DNA from: a virus
Lineage: Duplodnaviria; Caudoviricetes
Length of the DNA stretch: 42,085 nucleotides
Direction: 5' to 3' (one strand)
IMG/VR virus record: IMGVR_UViG_3300027819_000265
Coordinates: 1-42,085 of that record
Shown here: positions 1 to 9,868 of the stretch, one piece after another
How positions within the stretch are numbered: the first letter of the stretch is position 1
Layout: the number at the start of each line of letters is the position of its first letter
The notes under the pieces: generated by a model
The model's database searches: none
What the model saw: the letters and a program-made list of their open reading frames with translations, nothing else
Told to the model about the DNA's origin: nothing
Made by a program: the position numbers and the translations under genes

Positions 1-1
1 A

Positions 2-268
2 CGGTCAAAAATGCTTAAAGCAACCAATCTATTGAAAAAATCACACTTAAAAAGTGAAGAAATAATAGAGATGGGAAACGCTGACTACAAGCCCGCGCTA
101 GAGGATTTATTTTATTCGTATTTTCTTTTCTGTGTGTTAGGCGAAAAGCCGCCAACAGTTGAACAATGTAACCAGTTTGTAACTGATCCTTGCGACTGGC
201 AAGATTATAGTAATAAAATAAGCTTTGGAGTCCACTGTCCTAAAAAAATAAATGAATGGAAGAAATGA
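2..268 (+). CDS. DUF5672-like (glycosyltransferase-associated) protein, C-terminal part, 5'-truncated by window edge
   Basis: Frame open from position 2 (RSKMLKAT...); EDLFYS...PTVEQCNQF...SFGVH resembles the DUF5672 C-terminus; sits at head of glycan locus. Confidence 0.5.
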   Translation, partial: RSKMLKATNLLKKSHLKSEEIIEMGNADYKPALEDLFYSYFLFCVLGEKPPTVEQCNQFVTDPCDWQDYSNKISFGVHCPKKINEWKK

Positions 269-1005
269 TGAAAACGCTAACATTAAGAACTGCTAACGAT
301 GATTATATTGACTTGTATTCTCTACTAAAAGAAGATACAAAAGTCATTCTTGATTACTTTTTTAGTCTTAGGCAAAGTTGGGCAATTGCTGTCTTAGATC
401 AAATAAATAATAGTAAATTATATGACAAATTTTTTACTGGTAAAAAGTATAAAACAGTGATAGATTTGGGGGCACACATTGGACTGTTTTCTTTATGCGT
501 TAAAGATAGCTGTGAAACTATTCATTGTGTTGAACCGACAAAGATTCATTTTGACATTCTTAACCTGCTTACAGAGAAATATGACAATATCAAAAAACAT
601 TACTGTGCCATCTCTAATTATGACGGTAAAGCCGAATTTTTTGAATGTTCAACCAATAACACACAAAACTCTCTCTTAAAACAAGGAAACTTAAATAGAG
701 GAGAAATTGCTTCTCTTGGAACTGTTGATTGTTTTTCACTTCTAACCTTCTTAAATAATAACAATATAGAAAAAGTAGATTTTCTAAAAATAGACATAGA
801 AGGCGGTGAACAAATTCTTTTTGATGATCCAAACTTAGGATGGTTAAAAGACAGGGTAAAAATAATTTTTGTAGAGATACACAATATTGAAAACGGTAAA
901 TATGCTAATCCGCCCGAAGTAAATAAGAACATTTTGCTTGCTAAGTTAAAGAAACTTGGTTATACTACAAAAGTATATAATGATGCCATCTATGCAGAGT
1001 GTTAA
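265..1005 (+). CDS. FkbM-family SAM-dependent methyltransferase
   Basis: VIDLGAHIGLFS, CVEP, VDFLKIDIEGGE motifs; ATGA overlap with upstream stop. Confidence 0.85.
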   Translation: MMKTLTLRTANDDYIDLYSLLKEDTKVILDYFFSLRQSWAIAVLDQINNSKLYDKFFTGKKYKTVIDLGAHIGLFSLCVKDSCETIHCVEPTKIHFDILNLLTEKYDNIKKHYCAISNYDGKAEFFECSTNNTQNSLLKQGNLNRGEIASLGTVDCFSLLTFLNNNNIEKVDFLKIDIEGGEQILFDDPNLGWLKDRVKIIFVEIHNIENGKYANPPEVNKNILLAKLKKLGYTTKVYNDAIYAEC

Positions 1006-1624
1006 AAATTTAAGTGTTAAACAGTTAAGGAGACGGATATATGAAATAAGTTATAAAAACAAACTTTCACATATAGGAAGCTGTATTAGCTGTGTTTCTA
1101 TAATAGACAGAATATATAAGAAAAAAAAAGAACATGAAACATTTTGTTTGGGAAGTTCTCACGCGGCACTTGCTCTTTATGTAATCTTGGAGAAGTTTTA
1201 CGGATTTGATGCTAACGATTTGTATAAACGTCATGGTACACATGCAAATCGCTCCCTTGAAGACAAGATTTATGTAACTGGCGGTTCTTTAGGTTTAGTA
1301 GAAACGATAGCATTAGGAATTGCAGTAGCTAAACCAAACGAAAGAGTATTTTTACTTTCAAGTGACGGGGCCACGACAGAGGGAGTAATTTGGGAAACTT
1401 TAAGATTCAAATCTGATAATAACATTAATAATCTTAAATGGTTTATTAATTGTAATTCTTTAGGAGCTTATTCGTATATTGATACTGATATATTAGAAGA
1501 AAGAGTTCATTGTTTTGATAAATCTGTAAAAATAGTTAGAACAAGTAACAAACTACCATTCTGCGAAGGTTTAAATTCTCATTATCATATAATGTCAGAA
1601 GAAGACTATCAAAAAATAAAATGA
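992..1624 (+). CDS. Transketolase-like protein, N-terminal TPP-binding subunit
   Basis: SHIGSCIS, SHAALALY, GGSLGL, SDGATTEG...WE...N motifs; ATG 992 preferred over track start 956. Confidence 0.85.
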   Translation: MQSVKNLSVKQLRRRIYEISYKNKLSHIGSCISCVSIIDRIYKKKKEHETFCLGSSHAALALYVILEKFYGFDANDLYKRHGTHANRSLEDKIYVTGGSLGLVETIALGIAVAKPNERVFLLSSDGATTEGVIWETLRFKSDNNINNLKWFINCNSLGAYSYIDTDILEERVHCFDKSVKIVRTSNKLPFCEGLNSHYHIMSEEDYQKIK

Positions 1625-2100
1625 GACAGACAGCAAAAGAAGTTTTATTCTCAGCAATGGAAAAAGATGATAGAATTATTCTATTAGTCGGCGATCTTGG
1701 ATTTGGGATGATGGATAAAATAAGAGACAAGTTTTCACCAAAAAGATTTATAAACTGCGGAAGTGCTGAACAATTAATGTTAGGAATGGCGGTCGGACTT
1801 GCTTTATCTGGTAAAATTCCTATTTGTTATAGTATTACATCTTTTCTTATTAGAAGACCTTATGAGATTTGGAAGTTATATCTGAATGATGAAAAAATTC
1901 CTGTTAAGTGTATAGGCGGAGGAAGATCGAAGGACTATTTAGCAGATAAGTTCACACATTGGAGTGAGGATGCAAAATATGTTTTAGATGGATGGGAAAA
2001 TATAGAACAATTCTGGCCAGAAACAAAAGAAGATATTCCTTTATTAATGGATAAATTTCTTTATAATAATAAACCTTCTTTTTTAAGTTTGAAACGATGA
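1621..2100 (+). CDS. Transketolase-like protein, pyrimidine-binding subunit (short, no C-terminal domain)
   Basis: GDLGFG, RFINCGSAEQLMLGMAVGLA, R.YE, THWS; ATGA-type coupling. Confidence 0.85.
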   Translation: MRQTAKEVLFSAMEKDDRIILLVGDLGFGMMDKIRDKFSPKRFINCGSAEQLMLGMAVGLALSGKIPICYSITSFLIRRPYEIWKLYLNDEKIPVKCIGGGRSKDYLADKFTHWSEDAKYVLDGWENIEQFWPETKEDIPLLMDKFLYNNKPSFLSLKR

Positions 2101-2933
2101 AAATAATTGCTACATTTAATTGCGATAGCTGGTTAATGGATTCTTTTGCCGGATATAAGTTAATGAATAGCTGGAAATATTTTCATCCAGAAATTCCTAT
2201 AATCTGGTATAACGAGAACGATACAAACAGAATAATGAAAGAAAATCCAGGGTTTGATAGAGTTTCTTATATGCCTATCATAATGAAAGAAATTAAGAAA
2301 AAATATGATGCAGAATTTATTCTACATCTAGACGCTGATTCGTTAGTTCTTTCAAGATTAGAAGAAATATTAAAAATGGATTATGAAATAGCTGGAGTTA
2401 GAAATAATTCTGATTTTCACACGGGAGATGAAAGACATAATAGACCTCATCCAATAAAAAACCTTCCAAATGAAAAATATGTAAATTGTGGCTGCATTTG
2501 CACTAATAGTAACGATTTTCTTGATGACTGGTATAATCTAAATTTAGAAGTTGTTAAAAGATTCGGCGGAGTAAAAGAATTTTTATGGTGCGAGCAGAAT
2601 ATGTATAATATCTCTTTCCATAGCGGAAAATACAATGCTAAAATTTTAGATGAAAAAGGTGGAAATTTATTTTATGGAACATCAGCAAATATGTATAGTG
2701 ATATTGCTCCCGATTTTGATTATATTACTAAAGAATGGAATACGAAGAACCCGTGGGGAAGTTGGTATGAAATAGAAGAAATTGATAGAAAATGTTTCTT
2801 AAGAGGAAAAGAAATCAAATTACTCCATGCGGCTCACGGTGGAAGTGCAAAGAGTGCTAGGAAAATAGGCTTTGAACTTTTTAATCCAAAATTTAGAGAA
2901 TACGCTAAGAAAATAACAGGACTAAATGAATAA
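2097..2933 (+). CDS. GT-A fold glycosyltransferase-like protein (GT8/nucleotide-diphospho-sugar transferase-like)
   Basis: LHLDADSLV (DxD), YVNCGC, EQ, LLHAA motifs. Confidence 0.65.
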   Translation: MKIIATFNCDSWLMDSFAGYKLMNSWKYFHPEIPIIWYNENDTNRIMKENPGFDRVSYMPIIMKEIKKKYDAEFILHLDADSLVLSRLEEILKMDYEIAGVRNNSDFHTGDERHNRPHPIKNLPNEKYVNCGCICTNSNDFLDDWYNLNLEVVKRFGGVKEFLWCEQNMYNISFHSGKYNAKILDEKGGNLFYGTSANMYSDIAPDFDYITKEWNTKNPWGSWYEIEEIDRKCFLRGKEIKLLHAAHGGSAKSARKIGFELFNPKFREYAKKITGLNE

Positions 2934-3567
2934 ACTAACAGAATTAGCAAACAAATACAATAGCGACAAAGGAGATTCCTATGAGTTATCCAACGGGTTC
3001 ACCATTTATTATGAACCTTTGTTTGAGCCACTAAAAGACTCTAAAGTAAACTTACTAGAAATAGGACTCGCCTTACATAATAAAACCTCAAGTCTTAAAA
3101 TGTGGTATGATTATTTTTCTGCCGCCAACATTTATGGCTTCGACATAAAATCTAACTTAAAGAAGTTTGAGAACGATAGGACAAAAATTTATCGTGGCAA
3201 CCAAGGAAATAGAATAGACCTAGAAAACGCAATTAGAGACTTTGGTTGTAGAAATTTTGACATAATCATAGAAGATGGTAGCCATTTTTGGTGGGATCAA
3301 CAAATGAATTTAGGATACTTATTCCAATTTGTATCTAGCGGCGGCTTATATATAATGGAAGATGTTTCTATTCCTAATATTAAACACCCTTCTGTCAAAA
3401 ACGATCCTACTTATCACATGATACAAGAATATTTTAACCGGCGCGAAATTCACTCTGGAGTAATATTAGAAAATGAGAAAAAACATTTAGAAGAAAATTT
3501 GAAAGAAGTTTCCATAGGAATAAGTAAAAATAAAGACTGTTTGACAGTAATGTTTAGGAAAAAATAA
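2926..3567 (+). CDS. Class I SAM-dependent sugar O-methyltransferase (MycE/TylE-like)
   Basis: LANKYNSDKG, LLEIG, IYGFDI, FDIIIEDGSH, GGLYIMED. Confidence 0.8.
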   Translation: MNKLTELANKYNSDKGDSYELSNGFTIYYEPLFEPLKDSKVNLLEIGLALHNKTSSLKMWYDYFSAANIYGFDIKSNLKKFENDRTKIYRGNQGNRIDLENAIRDFGCRNFDIIIEDGSHFWWDQQMNLGYLFQFVSSGGLYIMEDVSIPNIKHPSVKNDPTYHMIQEYFNRREIHSGVILENEKKHLEENLKEVSIGISKNKDCLTVMFRKK

Positions 3568-3569
3568 AG

Positions 3570-4616
3570 ATGATTAAAGTTGCTGATTATATTGCTGATT
3601 ACTTAGCATATATTGGTGTTAAATATATTCACATATTAATGGGTGGAGGAGCGGCTACTCTTAATGATTCTTTGTGTAAGCATCCTAATCTTGAATATAT
3701 ATGTTATCATTCTGAGTCAATAGCTAGTTATGCTGCTTTTGGAGAAGCTAAATATACTAATAAATTAGCAGTATTAAACACAACTTCTGGAATCGGAACG
3801 GTAAACGCTCTTTCGGGAATTTTGTCTTCTTATTGTGACTCCGTTCCATTGTTAGTTATATCTGGAAATACTGCTCTTAAAAATACTTGTAGATATATTA
3901 GATTAAATCAAGGAGTTAAACTTCGTCAGATGGGAGTTCAAGATAACGATATAATAGAGATGTCAGCCCCAATAACTAAATACTCTGTAACAGTAAAAAG
4001 ACCAGAAGACATTGCTTATGAACTAGAAAAATGTATTTATGAGTGTTGTCACAATCGCCCCGGACCTTGTTTAATAGAAATTCCATCAGATGTAGCAAAC
4101 AGTTTGATAGAACCACGAAAACTAGAGCATTTTGTTATAAATGAAACAACCTGCCAAAACTTTGGAAACGATACATTTTTAGAAGAAAGAATTGGTAAAA
4201 TAAAACAAGACTTGCAAACATATCAAAGACCGCTCATATTAGCAGGCGGGGGTATTAGGCAAAGCAATACAGTAGAACCGTTTAGAGAATTTATAGAAAA
4301 ATATCAAATTCCATTTATACATACTTTCTTAGGGGTTGATTTGGCAGCTTATGATAACCCTCTTTGTCTGGGCAATCTTGGGGTCAAGGGAAAACGCAAT
4401 GCTAATTTTTCTTTACAAAATTGTAATTATCTTCTAATATTAGGAACAGCATTAACTACTTCTCAAATAGGATACTTACCAGACAAGTTTGCCTTTAGAG
4501 CTAAGAAAGTTGCTGTGGATATTGATTATAATGTTTTAGAAAAGACTGGTTTTGTTGAATTAGATGAAAAAATAAATTGTGATTTGAAAGATTTCTTTAA
4601 GTATGTCAATCAATAA
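3570..4616 (+). CDS. TPP-dependent enzyme (acetolactate synthase/YerE-like), N-terminal + central domains
   Basis: VADYIA...GGGA, HSE (catalytic Glu), TSGIG..NAL, RPGP.LIEIP.D, RPLILAGGG. Confidence 0.85.
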   Translation: MIKVADYIADYLAYIGVKYIHILMGGGAATLNDSLCKHPNLEYICYHSESIASYAAFGEAKYTNKLAVLNTTSGIGTVNALSGILSSYCDSVPLLVISGNTALKNTCRYIRLNQGVKLRQMGVQDNDIIEMSAPITKYSVTVKRPEDIAYELEKCIYECCHNRPGPCLIEIPSDVANSLIEPRKLEHFVINETTCQNFGNDTFLEERIGKIKQDLQTYQRPLILAGGGIRQSNTVEPFREFIEKYQIPFIHTFLGVDLAAYDNPLCLGNLGVKGKRNANFSLQNCNYLLILGTALTTSQIGYLPDKFAFRAKKVAVDIDYNVLEKTGFVELDEKINCDLKDFFKYVNQ

Positions 4617-5343
4617 ACAACAATGGCTAGAAAAAGTAGCTTATTGGAAAAACAAGTGGAGTCAATTTTTGCCAGAATATGAAAATGATGATTCAGGAAT
4701 AAATTTATACAAATTTACAGAAATATTAAGTAAAAATCTAAAAGATGATTCAGTAATTATAGCAGATGCGGGGAGTTCGGGGTATGTTTTAGTACAGTCC
4801 TTACAATTAAAAAATAATCAAAGATTTGTTTTAGATTCAGGGCAAATGTCGCTCGGAGCTTGGCCATTGGGAATTGGAGTTTGTCTTGCTAGAAATAAAA
4901 AACAAACAATAATTTGTACTGGCGACGGCTCATTTAATTTTTGTCCTCACGCTTTAGCCACTATTAAAGAGTTAGAATTACCAATTGTTATCTTTGTTTG
5001 GAATAATGGGGGTTATCTTTCTATACGGAACACTTCTGATTCTTTTTATAATGGAAGAAGGTTTGGAACTGATTCTAGCAATGGATTATTTTTTCCTAAA
5101 ATCATACGAATTGCAGAATGTTATGGAATTACTTGGAGAAAAATATCTACCGTGGATAATCTTCAATATGGAATAGAATCGGCCCTATCTTTGAACGAGC
5201 CTGTTATAGTTGAAGTAATATGTGATCCAAATCAAAAAATAGTCCCCGGAATTGCTATGAAAAATGGAAAACCAACAACGCTAGATGATATGGCCCCATA
5301 TATCTCAGATGAAGAAATGGAACGGGAGACAATAAAAGATTAA
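4603..5343 (+). CDS. TPP-dependent enzyme, C-terminal TPP-binding domain (second half of split gene)
   Basis: DAGS, MSLGAWPLGIG, TGDGSFNF...WNNGGYLSIR TPP motif. Confidence 0.85.
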   Translation: MSINKQQWLEKVAYWKNKWSQFLPEYENDDSGINLYKFTEILSKNLKDDSVIIADAGSSGYVLVQSLQLKNNQRFVLDSGQMSLGAWPLGIGVCLARNKKQTIICTGDGSFNFCPHALATIKELELPIVIFVWNNGGYLSIRNTSDSFYNGRRFGTDSSNGLFFPKIIRIAECYGITWRKISTVDNLQYGIESALSLNEPVIVEVICDPNQKIVPGIAMKNGKPTTLDDMAPYISDEEMERETIKD

Positions 5344-5347
5344 CAAG

Positions 5348-6322
5348 ATGAAAACAATCCTAGACTTTCAAAAAGCAAAAAAAACCGGAGATATACTAAG
5401 TTGGATTACTGCTTACACGTTCGATATTGCAATGGCGGCGGAGCAAGCAGGTATTTCTCAAATTTTGGTTGGCGATAGCGGATATATGTGCATAAAAGGA
5501 TTTTCTAGCACTAACTACGCAACCATGAATGGGATGATTGACTTATGCCAATCTGTAAGGAAAGGAGCTAAAAATACTTTCTTATGGGGGGACATGCCTA
5601 GCCAGTCCTATGAAGAGTCTAATCAGGTAGCAATCCACAACGCTTTAAGGTTTATCAAAGAAGGAGAATGCAATGGAATAAAACTAGAAGGAACTACTGA
5701 TCTAATCTGTGAAAGAATAAAAGCTGTAAGTGACTCTAATGTAACATGTTGCGCCCACGCGGGTTTAACTCCGCAATCTAGTGATTCTATGGGAGGTTAT
5801 AAATGCCAAGGAAAAACTTTACAGTCTTTTGAGAAGTTGTATGAAGATTGTATTAAGATTGAAAAATCTGGCGCAAAACAATTACTTTTAGAAGCTGTTC
5901 CGCCACAAGTAACAAAACAAATCTGTAAAACATTATCAATTCCTGTGGCAGGTATTGGGGGCGGTCCCGCCGATATTCAGTTAGTCATTTGCTCAGATTT
6001 ATTGGGCCTATATCCTACTTTTAGACCTAAATTTGTTTCTTGTTATATTCCTAAAGTTTTGCCTGATTTTATATTTTCTTTAGAGAATAAGCCAAAAGAA
6101 ATGTCTCTAAAAGAATATGGGAAAGAAACTCGTTTGGATGGATTATTCTGTCTTTCTAAACTAGCAATAGAAAAATATGTTAATGATGTTAAAAACCAAG
6201 TCTTTCCATCTAAAGAAGAATGTTACAATTTAAAAGAAGAAGATTTAAAAGAATTGCGAAAGTCTAAATACTGGAATATCCACTGGGAGTATCCCGACGA
6301 AACCCCTACTATCTTTCAATAA
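5348..6322 (+). CDS. panB: Ketopantoate hydroxymethyltransferase (PanB)-like
   Basis: TAY, ILVGDS, GDMP..SY, IKLEG, HAGLTPQS, LLEAVP, DLLGL, FP..E motifs. Confidence 0.9.
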   Translation: MKTILDFQKAKKTGDILSWITAYTFDIAMAAEQAGISQILVGDSGYMCIKGFSSTNYATMNGMIDLCQSVRKGAKNTFLWGDMPSQSYEESNQVAIHNALRFIKEGECNGIKLEGTTDLICERIKAVSDSNVTCCAHAGLTPQSSDSMGGYKCQGKTLQSFEKLYEDCIKIEKSGAKQLLLEAVPPQVTKQICKTLSIPVAGIGGGPADIQLVICSDLLGLYPTFRPKFVSCYIPKVLPDFIFSLENKPKEMSLKEYGKETRLDGLFCLSKLAIEKYVNDVKNQVFPSKEECYNLKEEDLKELRKSKYWNIHWEYPDETPTIFQ

Positions 6323-6325
6323 TCT

Positions 6326-7120
6326 TTGAAACCTAAAATCTTAATTACTGGCGGGGATAGTTTTTTATCCAGAAGTTTATATCCTTTATTCAAGAAGGAT
6401 AATTATAATGTTGTTTCTTATTCTAAAGAGAAACTTGATCTTCTAAAGTTAGACAATATAAAAGAAATCTTCAAAAAAGAAAAACCAGAGATAGTAATCC
6501 ATACAGCAACAAAAGGCGGAAGAAGAATAAAATTTGATAGCCCGGACGATTTTTATGATAATTTATTAATGTTAGAAAATATTCTTTCTCTTAATTCTTA
6601 CTATGATAAGTTGTTTACTTTTGGAAGCGGGGCACAAATTTATAATAAAAATAGTTACTATGGTTTCTCAAAATACATACAATCCAAATTAGTAAAAACA
6701 GAAGAAAAAAATACTAACTTATTGCTATTCAATGTCTTTGGCGAATTAGAAACAGAAGACCGTTTTATAAAAACAGCAATAAGAAACTATATCAACAACC
6801 GCCCGATAGAAATATGGGACGATAAGTTCTTCGACTTCTTTTATCACGAAGACGTTTATGAAGTAATAAAGTCTCTCATACATGTAAATTTTTCTTGCAA
6901 AGAGTTCAATTGCTGTTATGATAAAAAACTTAAACTTTCAGAAACCGCTGCTATTATAAATAACTTATCAGATCATAAAGTTCCAATTATGGTAAGAGAT
7001 GATAGCAATAAATCATATACTGGCAATAATACAGTATTGCAAGGTCTAAAATTAAATCTAATAGGACTAGAAGAAGGAATAAAAAAAGAATATAAATGGT
7101 GTTTAGAAAATAGATTATAA
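6326..7120 (+). CDS. NAD-dependent epimerase/dehydratase/reductase (extended SDR)
   Basis: ILITGG..FL Rossmann start, VIHTA, GSGA, YGFSK (YxxxK), NVFG; TTG start. Confidence 0.85.
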   Translation: MKPKILITGGDSFLSRSLYPLFKKDNYNVVSYSKEKLDLLKLDNIKEIFKKEKPEIVIHTATKGGRRIKFDSPDDFYDNLLMLENILSLNSYYDKLFTFGSGAQIYNKNSYYGFSKYIQSKLVKTEEKNTNLLLFNVFGELETEDRFIKTAIRNYINNRPIEIWDDKFFDFFYHEDVYEVIKSLIHVNFSCKEFNCCYDKKLKLSETAAIINNLSDHKVPIMVRDDSNKSYTGNNTVLQGLKLNLIGLEEGIKKEYKWCLENRL

Positions 7121-7129
7121 ATTAAAAAT

Positions 7130-7909
7130 ATGAAATTCGAGAAAATACATGTTTTTTATCGGCAGACCACACATAATAAAATTTCACCAACCAGAGTTCC
7201 GTGGTTTGATTATGAGAGATGTTTTAAATCTTTTCTTGATAGTTTAAATCCAGACCTTACTAAGTTAACAGTATGTTTTGACGGATTTTTAGACGAATAT
7301 GATAATCATTTTACAAGTAAATATCAAAACAAATATAATTTCAGCACACAAATAATAAATACAAATTCATACACCGGACCCTGTTACGAAAACAATGGCT
7401 CTTCAAAATCTTCCTGTTTAGTAGCAGAAATTATTAAAAAAGATAATTTACCAGAAAATTCTCTTATTTTTACATTAGAAAATGATTATATTTTTCAACC
7501 TATTGACTGGGCAACTATTGTTTTAGATTTGTTTAATAATCACATTAATGAAAATCATATAATATCATTATATGACCATTTAGACAAATATATCTTTACC
7601 CAAGACACTAATAATCACTGGGGAATGTATAAAGATTTGAAAAGCAAGATAATTTTAGGAGGATATAATCACTGGAGGGAAGTCCCGAACATTACAAGTA
7701 GCTGGATTCTCAGTAAGAAAATGTTTGATATGTGCTGGCCAGAACTATCACAAGGAATATCAGATAATACCGGAAGCGATATATGGAGTAAAAAATTCGG
7801 GACCAAATATCTGAGTCCTATTCCTAGTATTAACTGCCACTCTGAGTCTTATTTTATAGCTCCTTTTGTTCCGTGGCAACAAATATTAGAAAATGTTGTT
7901 TTACTATGA
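7130..7909 (+). CDS. Glycosyltransferase-like protein (GT-A)
   Basis: IFTLENDYIF, ISLYDHLDKY, SPIPS..CH; context. Confidence 0.6.
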   Translation: MKFEKIHVFYRQTTHNKISPTRVPWFDYERCFKSFLDSLNPDLTKLTVCFDGFLDEYDNHFTSKYQNKYNFSTQIINTNSYTGPCYENNGSSKSSCLVAEIIKKDNLPENSLIFTLENDYIFQPIDWATIVLDLFNNHINENHIISLYDHLDKYIFTQDTNNHWGMYKDLKSKIILGGYNHWREVPNITSSWILSKKMFDMCWPELSQGISDNTGSDIWSKKFGTKYLSPIPSINCHSESYFIAPFVPWQQILENVVLL

Positions 7910-8835
7910 TCAAACCCCTTCTTTTAACCATGACTCAAAACAGAGAAAAAGACATTTCTCTGATGGTTAAAAATATTTATCCTACTTTTGACGGTATTGT
8001 TGGTTTAGTTAATCAACCTTCTTGGGACACAACCTATCACATTCTAAACCAAAACAAAGGAAACGGCAAAATACTAAAAGCCAACTGGACACCAAATCAT
8101 GGTTTTTTAATGAATCATTTATTGTTTTACGGTGGAATTAAAGAAGGAACTTATTGTTTTTTTCTTGATTCTCCAGAGTCAATGACTGATGAATTTATAA
8201 GAATAATTCCCGGACTCTTAGAGGAATTTGAAGAAAAAAATGTATCAGCTTTGTATTGGAACGAAAGACCATATATATTCAAATATAATCAATATATGGA
8301 ATTCCACGGCGCGTACCACTGGGGGCTTCAGGGTCTAAGAGGAAACATAGTTACCTTACCAGATAAAGATAAATACATAATAAACAGAAGAAACGAAAAT
8401 CCCGAAATTTCTTATTGTTTTAATCCTATTAAGTCATATCTTTGTTATCCTCTTTCTAATGAGACAACGATTATGTACTCTAAGTATGGATCAGAAATAT
8501 TAAACAAAGAAGAGAATAAAAGAAGAGAAATAAGAAAATATTTACAAGAAGTGTTAAAACTTGATTTAACAACCCTTGATGATCTTATTTCTTACTTGAC
8601 AAAAATTAAAGATGGAGTTATTGTTCCTGATAGTTATTTTATAGAAGCAATGGACTCAGAATTTAGACTATCTGAGTTGTTCCAGCTTAAGGTCTTAGGA
8701 ATGAAATTTATGGAAGAAATCGTCCCGCGCCGATACAAATTCTCTTTTAAAGATTACCTTGAAAAAGGCGACGGATTTATTAATCCTAATTATTTTTCTA
8801 CTATTCTTAAGTATGATTCTAAAGACTGGACCTAA
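7906..8835 (+). CDS. Putative GT2-like glycosyltransferase
   Basis: S.DTT..IL, FFLDSPE, F.G..HW; ATGA overlap at 7906; context. Confidence 0.45.
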   Translation: MIKPLLLTMTQNREKDISLMVKNIYPTFDGIVGLVNQPSWDTTYHILNQNKGNGKILKANWTPNHGFLMNHLLFYGGIKEGTYCFFLDSPESMTDEFIRIIPGLLEEFEEKNVSALYWNERPYIFKYNQYMEFHGAYHWGLQGLRGNIVTLPDKDKYIINRRNENPEISYCFNPIKSYLCYPLSNETTIMYSKYGSEILNKEENKRREIRKYLQEVLKLDLTTLDDLISYLTKIKDGVIVPDSYFIEAMDSEFRLSELFQLKVLGMKFMEEIVPRRYKFSFKDYLEKGDGFINPNYFSTILKYDSKDWT

Positions 8836-9023
8836 TGAGTGAAGATAAAATATTTTTTCATAATTCAGAAACTTGCCCGAAATGTCAGAATAAAGGACTA
8901 AAATTATGGCAAGTAGAATTAGCAGGAAATTATCCGTATCTTGACGGGCCGGATAATGCAAAATTTGGAAGAAAATATTGTTGTGAAAGTTGTAATCTGT
9001 ATTGGATTATAAAACGCGGATAG
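8835..9023 (+). CDS. Small zinc-finger protein
   Basis: CPKC...CESC. Confidence 0.55.
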   Translation: MSEDKIFFHNSETCPKCQNKGLKLWQVELAGNYPYLDGPDNAKFGRKYCCESCNLYWIIKRG

Positions 9024-9028
9024 TAAAA

Positions 9029-9211
9029 ATGAATTCTGAAACTGTTCTATCTCCAACTGGTCTTCTAACAGGAGAAGAAATTCAAAAAATATTAGAACAA
9101 ACTGACTGGACCGATTTTTGGCAAAAAGTCCACGAAAAATCTTTACCAGAAATTGAAGCATACAGAAAAGCAGAGGCTCTTTCAAGAAACTCAAACCGTG
9201 TTTTTTATTAA
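9029..9211 (+). CDS. Hypothetical protein
   Basis: ATG 9029 after AAAA leader, tight packing. Confidence 0.55.
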   Translation: MNSETVLSPTGLLTGEEIQKILEQTDWTDFWQKVHEKSLPEIEAYRKAEALSRNSNRVFY

Positions 9212-9214
9212 AAA

Positions 9215-9493
9215 ATGACTAAAGTTGTCAATATAAAAACAGATAAATATGACATCTTTATCGGAAGACCATCCGAATATGGAAATCCTTTTCTTATAGG
9301 AAGAGACGGCAACAGAGACGAAGTTTGTGCAAAATATCAAGACTACTTTGATCATAAAATTGCGACAGATAAAAATTTTTATGCCGCCGTTATGGGATTA
9401 AAAGATAAAACTTTAGGATGTTTCTGTAAAAAGAAAAACAAACAAATAAAATGCCACGGAGATACAATAGCTAATTACTTAAACAGTTTATGA
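9215..9493 (+). CDS. DUF4326 domain protein
   Basis: IFIGRPSEYGNPF...LGCFC...CHGD. Confidence 0.85.
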   Translation: MTKVVNIKTDKYDIFIGRPSEYGNPFLIGRDGNRDEVCAKYQDYFDHKIATDKNFYAAVMGLKDKTLGCFCKKKNKQIKCHGDTIANYLNSL

Positions 9494-9639
9494 CCAAAGA
9501 CCAACTAATAACAGAGATTAAGAAAATAAAAGAAGAAGTTTTCGTTTTAAGAATGAGTGTTAATACTCTAACCCCTGACGATTTTAAGAAACAAACCGCC
9601 AAAATTATAAAACATTGTGAAGAATGTTTGAAAGATTAG
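9490..9639 (+). CDS. Hypothetical 49-aa protein (below ORF-track cutoff)
   Basis: MTKDQLITEIKK...CLKD*, ATGA overlap with DUF4326 stop. Confidence 0.55.
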   Translation: MTKDQLITEIKKIKEEVFVLRMSVNTLTPDDFKKQTAKIIKHCEECLKD

Positions 9640-9647
9640 TTTTTAGT

Positions 9648-9866
9648 ATGAAAAAGATAAAATTCCCGCCCGAAATAATAAAAGAATACGGTGAACAAAT
9701 CTGGCGCGATCAAAATTACAATAAAAATGGTTATGACAGTAATTCATATAATGGATCAGAGGTAGCCGCCGCTTGTGGTGAAATTGAAGAAAAAGATAAA
9801 GAAAAATTTAGAAAAACAATCTTAGAATACGCTAGAAAACATAGAAAACCAAAAGGATTTTTCTAA
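9648..9866 (+). CDS. Hypothetical protein
   Basis: ORF track; start re-set to ATG 9648 after upstream stop. Confidence 0.55.
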   Translation: MKKIKFPPEIIKEYGEQIWRDQNYNKNGYDSNSYNGSEVAAACGEIEEKDKEKFRKTILEYARKHRKPKGFF

Positions 9867-9868
9867 AA

